Source: an uncultured Dehalococcoidia bacterium (GTDB lineage Bacteria > Chloroflexota > Dehalococcoidia > SZUA-161 > SpSt-899). From it: a stretch of 40,772 nt of DNA. The position numbers were made by a program, and so were the translations under genes. Shown here one piece after another: positions 34,739 to 40,772 of this stretch. The stretch spans positions 1 to 40,772 of the forward strand of contig CAZJSO010000002.1 of the NCBI GenBank assembly GCA_964548795.1, written 5' to 3'. The notes under the pieces were generated by a model. The model saw only the letters and a program-made list of their open reading frames with translations, ran no database searches and was not told where the DNA came from. Positions within the stretch are counted from its first letter, which is position 1. Every line of letters starts with the position of its first letter.

Positions 34739-36121
34739 CTATCCCACAAAGCGAAGGAACGTCCCGGCGGCTACCATGGTACCAATAACGCCAGCGACAT
34801 TCGGCCCCATAGCATGCATGAGCAGGAAATTCCGGGGGTTAGCCTTCTGCCCCATTACCTGAACTACTCTAGCTGACATGGGCACAGCGGAGACGCCGGC
34901 AGCCCCGATCATGGGGTTTATCTTCTCCTTCGAAAGCAGGTTCATCAGCTTGGCAATGGCCACTCCAAAGGCAGTCGCTGCGGCAAAAGCTACCAGTCCT
35001 AGGGCAAATATCTCCACCGTCTGAGGGCGCAGGAAATTTTCGGCTGTCATTGACCCCCCGATGGCCATGCCAAGCAAGATGGTGAGGATGTCCATGAAAG
35101 CCTCTCCAGATGTTCGAGAGAGTCTTTCGGTTACCCCGCACTCACGCAGGAGATTTCCAAACATAAAGCAACCAATGAGTGGAGCTGCTTGAGGAACTAG
35201 CCAGATGATCACCACCGCGGCAATCAAGGGGAAAAGAATGCGCTCCCGGATGGGGACTTCTCGAAGCTGTGGCTTCATATAAATGGCCCTCTCCTTCTTG
35301 CTGGTGAGGGCCCGGATGACCGGTGGCTGGATAAGGGGCACCATGGCCATATAGGAATAAGCTGCTGGTGCAGTAGCTGCTAGAAGGTGAGGTGCAAGCT
35401 TGGCCGTTAGGTAGACTGTAGTTGGCCCGTCTGCCCCCCCAATTATTCCGATGCTGCAAGCTTCCTTTATGTCGAAGCCAAACAGCAGGGCCATGAAAAA
35501 GACGAAGTAAACACCGAACTGGGCTGCTGCTCCAAGGATAAGCGTTTTGGGATTGGCCAGCAAGGGTCCAAAATCGGTAAGTGCGCCTAGCCCTAGAAAG
35601 ATGAGGAGGGGAATGATCTCAGTTAGAATCCCGCCCTGGAACACCTGAGAGAAAAGCCCGGTTCCTTGCGCTCCCTTCTCCAGTATTGAGACGGCCTCGA
35701 GTACAGCCAGCCTATCATGAGCATGGACGAAATCTCCCTCTCTAACAAGAAGGTCATCTTGGGCTAACTTTCCTCCAGCAGGCGCTTTAACATCTACTAC
35801 CTCGCCGCTGGGCTCTTTTATTTGGAAGAGAAGCCGTCCCTTCTGGACCTTTAAGGCCTCTTTTTCCGCCGGGTGTACACTTACAGCTATGATCTTTCCC
35901 TCCGTTGGAGACTGAACGAGGAGCTGGGCATGGAAAAGCGGGGGGAAGAGATTTACCACAATCATGGCGAAGCCGATGGGAACAAGAAGCAAAGGCTCCC
36001 ACTTCTTCGCTATTCCCATGTAGACAAAGAAGCCACCTATTAGAAAAGCTATTATGTAACTTCCGGGGAAAGGCCCTCCAGAAAAGAAGGTGAGAAATCC
36101 TCCACCTATTACTGGACCCAT
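34739..36121 (-). CDS. Na+-translocating decarboxylase beta subunit (OadB/GcdB/MmdB family) with an ~80-aa insertion
   Basis: 460 aa with KKWEPLLLVPIGF, LGLGALTDFGPLLANPKTLILGAAAQFG, GIIGGADGPT and MGPNVAGVIG, hallmark segments of the family. An extra soluble segment spans about residues 65-145. Confidence 0.85.
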   Translation of the reverse strand: MGPVIGGGFLTFFSGGPFPGSYIIAFLIGGFFVYMGIAKKWEPLLLVPIGFAMIVVNLFPPLFHAQLLVQSPTEGKIIAVSVHPAEKEALKVQKGRLLFQIKEPSGEVVDVKAPAGGKLAQDDLLVREGDFVHAHDRLAVLEAVSILEKGAQGTGLFSQVFQGGILTEIIPLLIFLGLGALTDFGPLLANPKTLILGAAAQFGVYFVFFMALLFGFDIKEACSIGIIGGADGPTTVYLTAKLAPHLLAATAPAAYSYMAMVPLIQPPVIRALTSKKERAIYMKPQLREVPIRERILFPLIAAVVIIWLVPQAAPLIGCFMFGNLLRECGVTERLSRTSGEAFMDILTILLGMAIGGSMTAENFLRPQTVEIFALGLVAFAAATAFGVAIAKLMNLLSKEKINPMIGAAGVSAVPMSARVVQVMGQKANPRNFLLMHAMGPNVAGVIGTMVAAGTFLRFVG

Positions 36122-36149
36122 ATTGACCCCGCAAAGGCGCCAATCTTTC

Positions 36150-36293
36150 TCACTTTTCCCCTCTCCTGCCCATTCTTTGAATCGCTAGGCTGGCTCCCCA
36201 TACCACCAGGGCAAGAATTACCAATACCAAAAACACGATTCCGAATCCTGCCCCGGCGATCTTAATGGCCAGACCCCAGTCTATTCCCAGCAT
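36150..36293 (-). CDS. small single-TM subunit (OadG/GcdD/MmdD-like), absent from the ORF track
   Basis: 47 aa, MLGIDWGLAIKIAGAGFGIVFLVLVILALVVWGASLAIQRMGRRGEK*. It has one hydrophobic helix and a basic tail, and lies between the biotin carrier and beta subunit genes. Confidence 0.5.
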   Translation of the reverse strand: MLGIDWGLAIKIAGAGFGIVFLVLVILALVVWGASLAIQRMGRRGEK

Positions 36294-36316
36294 GTCACGA
36301 GCCGCGTTTTTCTGTT

Positions 36317-36538
36317 TTAATACTCAATGATAGCTATAGTGTCACCAACCTTGACTACCTGTCCAGGTGAGACCTGGACTTCATTTATCGTCCCTGAAAC
36401 GGGAGCCAAGATGGGATTCTCCATCTTCATTGACTCTATTTCACAAATTACATCCCCCTCCTCGACCTTATCACCGCTTTGCAGGTGAACCCGCAGAATT
36501 TTGCCTACAATGGGAGCTTCAACTATTTCCTTTGCCAT
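36317..36538 (-). CDS. biotin carboxyl carrier subunit
   Basis: 73 aa, MAKEIVEAPIVGKILRV...CEIESMKMENPILAPVSG, with the biotinyl-Lys in MKM. The ATG at 36538 is preceded by GGAGGAAGTG. The track start at 36700 overlaps the upstream gene and is rejected. Confidence 0.85.
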   Translation of the reverse strand: MAKEIVEAPIVGKILRVHLQSGDKVEEGDVICEIESMKMENPILAPVSGTINEVQVSPGQVVKVGDTIAIIEY

Positions 36539-36566
36539 TTTCACTTCCTCCTGTAATTCGGTGCAG

Positions 36567-38171
36567 TTATAAGTTGATGTTAGAGTATTTCCTCCAAACT
36601 TTCCAGGGGCATGTTCCCGGGGAGACGAACTTGTTCTCCAAGAGATCCAGGGCCCGATTAATGTATTTCCTCGTATCATGAGGCATGATAACATCGTCAA
36701 TATACCCCCGCTCGGCCCCTACGTAGGGGTTCTCATAGATCTCGCTATACTCTCGAATTCTCTTCGTCCTTACCTCTTCTGGGTTCTCCGCCTTCTTGAT
36801 TTCGTGAGCAAAGATAACACTGGCGGCTGTATTGGCTCCGACTATGGTAACACGAGCAGTGGGCCAGGCAAAGACGAAATCGGCCCCGATGCTCTTATCT
36901 AACATCCCATAATGAGCTCCAGCATAGGATTTCCTCACGATAATGGAGATCAGAGGAACAGTGGCATCGGACCACGCGTAAAGCATCTTAGCACCATGGC
37001 GTAAGATTCCAGCCCAATCCGCTTGGGAACCTATTACGTAACCAGGACAGTCCACAAAGGTCACTAGAGGAATATTGAAGAGGTCGCAGAATCTGATAAA
37101 GCGAGCTCCTTTGTCTGAAGAGTCAACATCTAGCATTCCCGCTGCCCATGTTGGCTGATTAGCCACTATCCCCACCGGACGTCCATTAAAACGAGCAAAT
37201 CCAGTGATAAGGTTCTTGGCATAGAGTCCTAAGGTTTCAAAGAAATAGCCATCGTCTGCCACTGCTTTTATCACCTTCTTCATATCAAAGGGCCTAAAAG
37301 GCTCATCGGGAACAAGGCTGTCCAGCTCCTCCTCAACACGCTCGGGAGGATCATCAGTTCCAATTCGCGGCGGCTTCTCACGGTTGCTCGAGGGGAAGAA
37401 AGCCAGTAGTTCCTTAGCTTTGTCTATGGCATCCTTGTCATCTTTGGCCACTACATGTGTCTGTCCGGACTTAACTGCATGTGCCCGCCAGCCGCTAAGC
37501 TCCTGGAGGCTGATCTCCTCACCTATTTGTGTCCTAACAAAAGCCGGGCCAGCGATGCCCATGAAGCCTGTCTCACGCGCTTGGATGAGGAAGTCCTGCA
37601 TTATGGGATGATAAGCTTGCCCTCCCAGGCAGGGTCCTAGCAGCAAGGCTATCTGTGGTATTACGCCTGAGGCCAGATCCTGCATCCGGAATAGCCAGCC
37701 GTAGGCCTCCAGAGTGTCCATACCCTCTTGTAGTCTAGCCCCACCGGAATCGTTTATGCCTATAATAGGCCAACCCTTCTCCATAGCAAATTGAATGGCG
37801 TATGTTTCCTTCTTGCCATGATATTCACCAAAAGTTCCAGCCATGGAGGAAAAATCCTCCGAGAAGGCCACCACCCATCGGCCATTCACTTTTCCAAAGG
37901 CAGTAACAACTCCTTCAGCCGGGACCCAGGCTTTATCCATTCCGAAGTGAACCGTGCGGTTTCTTATATGCATCCCTATCTCGGTGTAGTCACCCCCATC
38001 GAAGAGGTATTCCAGTCTTTCCCGAGCATTGAGTTGGCCTGCCTTTTGACGCCTTTCGAGGATCTTCGGGTCGCCCAGTTGCTTTATCTTCTCACGTCTT
38101 TCTTTAAGCTCCTGATATAGATCCTCCTTAGATTTGTACACTCCTCCGGGAAATTCATGCCATTCCGACAT
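36567..38171 (-). CDS. acyl-CoA carboxyltransferase (alpha subunit of glutaconyl-/methylmalonyl-CoA decarboxylase type)
   Basis: 534 aa with the two-domain carboxyl transferase pattern (LNARERLEYLFD, GGARLQEG, RKSYAGAHYGM). Substrate cannot be read from sequence; the neighbours favour glutaconyl-CoA. Confidence 0.8.
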   Translation of the reverse strand: MSEWHEFPGGVYKSKEDLYQELKERREKIKQLGDPKILERRQKAGQLNARERLEYLFDGGDYTEIGMHIRNRTVHFGMDKAWVPAEGVVTAFGKVNGRWVVAFSEDFSSMAGTFGEYHGKKETYAIQFAMEKGWPIIGINDSGGARLQEGMDTLEAYGWLFRMQDLASGVIPQIALLLGPCLGGQAYHPIMQDFLIQARETGFMGIAGPAFVRTQIGEEISLQELSGWRAHAVKSGQTHVVAKDDKDAIDKAKELLAFFPSSNREKPPRIGTDDPPERVEEELDSLVPDEPFRPFDMKKVIKAVADDGYFFETLGLYAKNLITGFARFNGRPVGIVANQPTWAAGMLDVDSSDKGARFIRFCDLFNIPLVTFVDCPGYVIGSQADWAGILRHGAKMLYAWSDATVPLISIIVRKSYAGAHYGMLDKSIGADFVFAWPTARVTIVGANTAASVIFAHEIKKAENPEEVRTKRIREYSEIYENPYVGAERGYIDDVIMPHDTRKYINRALDLLENKFVSPGTCPWKVWRKYSNINL

Positions 38172-39126
38172 TTGAACCCTCCTTTCCTGCTATGCTCTCA
38201 GCGTTCTTTATGTCCTTTTCGATCTGAGTCTTAAGCTGTTCTGGACTAGCGAAGTGAACCTCGTCACGCAACCGCTCTAGAAACTCAATGGTCAGCCTCT
38301 GCCCGTAAAGATTTCCTTGAAAGCCGAGGATATGAACTTCTACCCATCTCTCACCTCCTCCAAATGTAGGCCTGACTCCTATGTTAGTCACTGAGGGAAA
38401 CACCTTACCCCCAAGCCGGACCTGAGTAGCATAAACCCCATCAGGCGGAACAACTTGGAGCGAGTTGGGCAAAATGTTCGCTGTGGGGAAGCCCAATACT
38501 CTACCTCTATCTGCCCCGGGCAGCACTTCTCCCTTTAGAATGAATTTTCGACCCAGAAATTTGGCCACTTTCCCAAGCTCACCTCTGCTGAGTAGTTCGC
38601 GAATGAGGGTGCTTCGGACGATCACACCTTCAAGCTCGAACGGGGGCACCTGGAGAACTTTGAAGTCAAGTTCTTGGCCCAACATTTTGAGCGCTTCTGG
38701 ATTCCCTTCCCGGTTCCTGCCCAGAGCGAAGTCTGGCCCCACCACCAGTAAACGTAACCCCAAGTACTTCCTTAACAAGCTGATAAACTCATGCGCAGTG
38801 AACTGGGAGAGCTCCAGTGTGAAAGGGAGTACAACGATTAAGGAGATGCCTGAACCCCGAATGAGAGCCTTTCGCTGTTCGAGGTTGGTGAGGCAGAGCA
38901 ACCCCTTGCCTGGCGAAATTACTTCCTCAGGATGGCGGTCAAAGGTGACTACACCGGGCAGGAGCTTTTCCTGAGAGGCTTGTTCGACAAGCTTGTTTAG
39001 AAGATGCTGATGTCCTAAGTGAACTCCGTCAAACACGCCTACTGTAAGAGCGGTCTCTTGGCCTGGGGCAAACTTCTTCAGCTCACCTATTACATCCATG
39101 GCTTTAAATGGTTGGGCGAAGCTCAA
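38155..39126 (-). CDS. ribF: bifunctional riboflavin kinase / FMN adenylyltransferase
   Basis: 323 aa with VGVFDGVHLGHQ, GFPTANI and the C-terminal riboflavin kinase pattern (EVHILGF, LRDE..F). Confidence 0.9.
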   Translation of the reverse strand: MSFAQPFKAMDVIGELKKFAPGQETALTVGVFDGVHLGHQHLLNKLVEQASQEKLLPGVVTFDRHPEEVISPGKGLLCLTNLEQRKALIRGSGISLIVVLPFTLELSQFTAHEFISLLRKYLGLRLLVVGPDFALGRNREGNPEALKMLGQELDFKVLQVPPFELEGVIVRSTLIRELLSRGELGKVAKFLGRKFILKGEVLPGADRGRVLGFPTANILPNSLQVVPPDGVYATQVRLGGKVFPSVTNIGVRPTFGGGERWVEVHILGFQGNLYGQRLTIEFLERLRDEVHFASPEQLKTQIEKDIKNAESIAGKEGSNVGMA

Positions 39127-39536
39127 GCCTTTTGAAACTCGTAGGAGATTCGGCCAGAAGAAAGCCTTACGGGAACGGGTTTTAGCTCTAAGCCAGCTCG
39201 GAGTTCATCTTGGGTGATTCCTTTGCTTAAGCGCCCGAAAACGTTTAACCCTTTCTTAAACTCCACCAGACCTAGGGTATAGGGTAGGTCATCATCGAAG
39301 CCGGTAGGGGCGAACTGTAGGGTAGTATAGGTGATGAGTTTTCCTTTGCCTTTCACCTCTACCCATTCCATTTCGCTAGACAGACATTGGCTGCAATCCA
39401 TTTTAGGTGGCGAGAAGATCGTGCCACACTTCTTGCATCGGGTAACCATCAACTTTCCCTGCTCCAGGTAATCCACAAAATCAACAGCCTTAGTCTCGGA
39501 GACAAAGCCTACCTTCCCAAATTTCTCAAATCCCAC
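39123..39536 (-). CDS. DUF35 Zn-ribbon/OB-fold protein (thiolase partner)
   Basis: 137 aa with the CKKCGTIFSPPKMDCSQC rubredoxin-like ribbon followed by an OB-fold segment. It lies 2 nt downstream of the thiolase-like gene. Confidence 0.8.
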   Translation of the reverse strand: MGFEKFGKVGFVSETKAVDFVDYLEQGKLMVTRCKKCGTIFSPPKMDCSQCLSSEMEWVEVKGKGKLITYTTLQFAPTGFDDDLPYTLGLVEFKKGLNVFGRLSKGITQDELRAGLELKPVPVRLSSGRISYEFQKA

Positions 39537-39538
39537 CT

Positions 39539-40690
39539 TTACCTCCTGAGTATGGTCACGTTACCGTAGAGTCCCACACCACCGATGTTGTGGACTAGGC
39601 CAATTCTAGCCCCTGCCACCTGCACAGGCCCAGCCTCCCCACGAAGCTGTTTAACAATGGTTCTGAGTTGTGAACCGCCTGTAGCACCAATAGGGTGCCC
39701 TTTAGACAGAAGTCCGCCATCCACATTGACTGGTATCTTGCCCCCAATGTAGGTCTCCTTGTCCTGAATTAGCTTGCCACCTTCCCCTGGCTTACAAAAG
39801 CCTAGGTCGCCATAAGCCATGATTTCCGCAATGGTAAAACAATCATGAACTTCAGCTACATCTATATCCCCAGGGCCAACGCCGGCCATTTCATAGGCCT
39901 GGCGAGCTGCTTCCCGAGCACAGATGAAGCTGGTCATTGAATCGCGGCGTGCCATATTGACCGAACCTGATCCGGCTCCTATGCCAGCAATCCAAATAGG
40001 GGTGCTCTTGGCCTTCTTGGCTCTCTCCTTAGAAGCAACTATAAGGCAGGAAGCGCCATCGGCATTAGCACAGCAATCATACATCTTTAGCGGCGAAGCA
40101 ATTACCCTAGAGTTTAGGACGTCCTCTAAGCTCACCTCCTTGCGGTAAGCTGCTTTGGGGTTGAGGGCAGCATATTTGGCGTTCTTGACTCGCACCAGGG
40201 CAAGCTGCTCCTCAGTGAGCTCATACTGATCCATGTAGGCTCGGGCAAACATAGCATAATAAGCTGGCATCATGGTGCCGAAGGGAGATTCCCACATTAT
40301 GTCGGCCCCACGTCCCATCCGTTCCTGAACATCGGCAGAGCTTATTTCTGACATTTTCTGAAACCCAATGATTGCTATGACATCGTGAAGGCCAGACTCT
40401 ACAAAGGAATAAGCCACCTTCAAGGCCGTGCTGCTGGAGGAGCAAATGCTCTCACAGTAGAAAGTGGGCTTAGGAGTTAACCCCAGATACTCTGAAATCA
40501 CTCCAGCGGGGCTACGCTGTTTATCATATTCTGGAGCTGAAGCAATTATTGAGCCATCTAGCTCGCTGGGAGATATACCAGCATCATCTACAGCTTCTTT
40601 GAAGGCCTCAAAGCATAGCTCCTGAATAGAAATCCCACATCTACGTACGAAAGCAGTTTGCCCCACTCCTATGATAGCTACTTCGCTCAT
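39539..40690 (-). CDS. SCP-x/nonspecific lipid-transfer-type thiolase-like protein
   Basis: VAIIGVGQTAF, the CESICSSSSTAL nucleophile region, EVHDCF and KGHPIGATG. Start moved to the ATG at 40690 (MSEVAIIG), behind SD GGAGGT. Confidence 0.8.
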   Translation of the reverse strand: MSEVAIIGVGQTAFVRRCGISIQELCFEAFKEAVDDAGISPSELDGSIIASAPEYDKQRSPAGVISEYLGLTPKPTFYCESICSSSSTALKVAYSFVESGLHDVIAIIGFQKMSEISSADVQERMGRGADIMWESPFGTMMPAYYAMFARAYMDQYELTEEQLALVRVKNAKYAALNPKAAYRKEVSLEDVLNSRVIASPLKMYDCCANADGASCLIVASKERAKKAKSTPIWIAGIGAGSGSVNMARRDSMTSFICAREAARQAYEMAGVGPGDIDVAEVHDCFTIAEIMAYGDLGFCKPGEGGKLIQDKETYIGGKIPVNVDGGLLSKGHPIGATGGSQLRTIVKQLRGEAGPVQVAGARIGLVHNIGGVGLYGNVTILRR

Positions 40691-40738
40691 CTTACCTCCA
40701 AGGGACCCCTGTGGACTTGCTACCACACACCGCCAGGC

Positions 40739-40767
40739 AGTATAACACTTTTAATCTCCGTGTTCAA
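40739..40767 (-). promoter_or_regulatory. near-consensus extended -10 promoter heading the thiolase/decarboxylase operon
   Basis: The minus strand reads TTGAAC (40767-40762), a 17-nt spacer ending in TGt, then TATACT (40744-40739), about 45 nt upstream of the ATG at 40690. Confidence 0.5.
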
Positions 40768-40772
40768 GCTTG

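Noticed and set aside
36539-36700. N-terminal extensions of track ORFs: the biotin carrier from 36700, the FeS subunit from 9266, the FmdB protein from 32085, the thiolase-like protein from 40726, the Mo subunit from 11983 and OFOR-gamma from 7616.
   Set aside because: In each case an internal ATG is preceded by a strong SD at proper spacing. The extension either overlaps the upstream gene or consists of SD or leader sequence.
1-40772. CRISPR arrays, tRNA or rRNA genes, IS elements or transposases, integrases, phage genes, toxin-antitoxin pairs, and in-frame TGA selenocysteine candidates.
   Set aside because: By-eye reading of both strands found no repeat-spacer periodicity, no T-loop or cloverleaf signature, no transposase or integrase motifs, and no interrupted oxidoreductase frame. 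The candidate Mo ligand is a Cys codon.

Overview
This is a bacterial chromosomal window (NusB, FtsK, L32, PlsY, ACP and FabD are present). It is almost fully coding and has no rRNA, tRNA, CRISPR array or transposase that I can recognise. The gene content points to an anaerobe with ferredoxin-centred metabolism; the lineage cannot be assigned from sequence alone.

Gene order, start to end:
- tsaB (5' truncated), a THEP1-type NTPase and ndk on the + strand, convergent with an rsfS gene missing from the ORF track.
- iorAB, indolepyruvate:ferredoxin oxidoreductase.
- A seven-gene minus-strand cluster (4631-11974) joining a signal-less PsrABC/SoeABC-like molybdopterin enzyme to a four-subunit 2-oxoacid:ferredoxin oxidoreductase.
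- plsY.
- A tightly coupled minus-strand operon (12944-18666): ChlI/BchI-like AAA+ ATPase, VWA protein, two PAC2-family proteins and an M24 aminopeptidase. A winged-helix gene sits head to head with it.
- A long co-directional minus-strand run: fused accD-accA, ftsK, family-4 UDG, two half-size TauE genes, acpP, nusB, a radical SAM enzyme, fabD, rpmF and yceD.
- An acyl-CoA fermentation or beta-oxidation block (28855-40767): EtfAB with a ferredoxin domain, acyl-CoA dehydrogenase, two thiolases, DUF35, crotonase, ribF and a biotin-dependent Na+-pumping decarboxylase (alpha, biotin carrier, small membrane subunit, beta).

Best candidates for new biology:
- The AAA+/VWA/PAC2/PAC2/peptidase operon.
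- The operon-level coupling of a cytoplasm-facing molybdoenzyme to an OFOR.
- A biotinyl-like insertion in the decarboxylase beta subunit.

I also found three short genes missing from the ORF track (rsfS, an OadG-like subunit and a 4-Cys mini-ORF) and corrected several start codons using Shine-Dalgarno (SD) positions. All family assignments rest on motifs read by eye. No database search was run.
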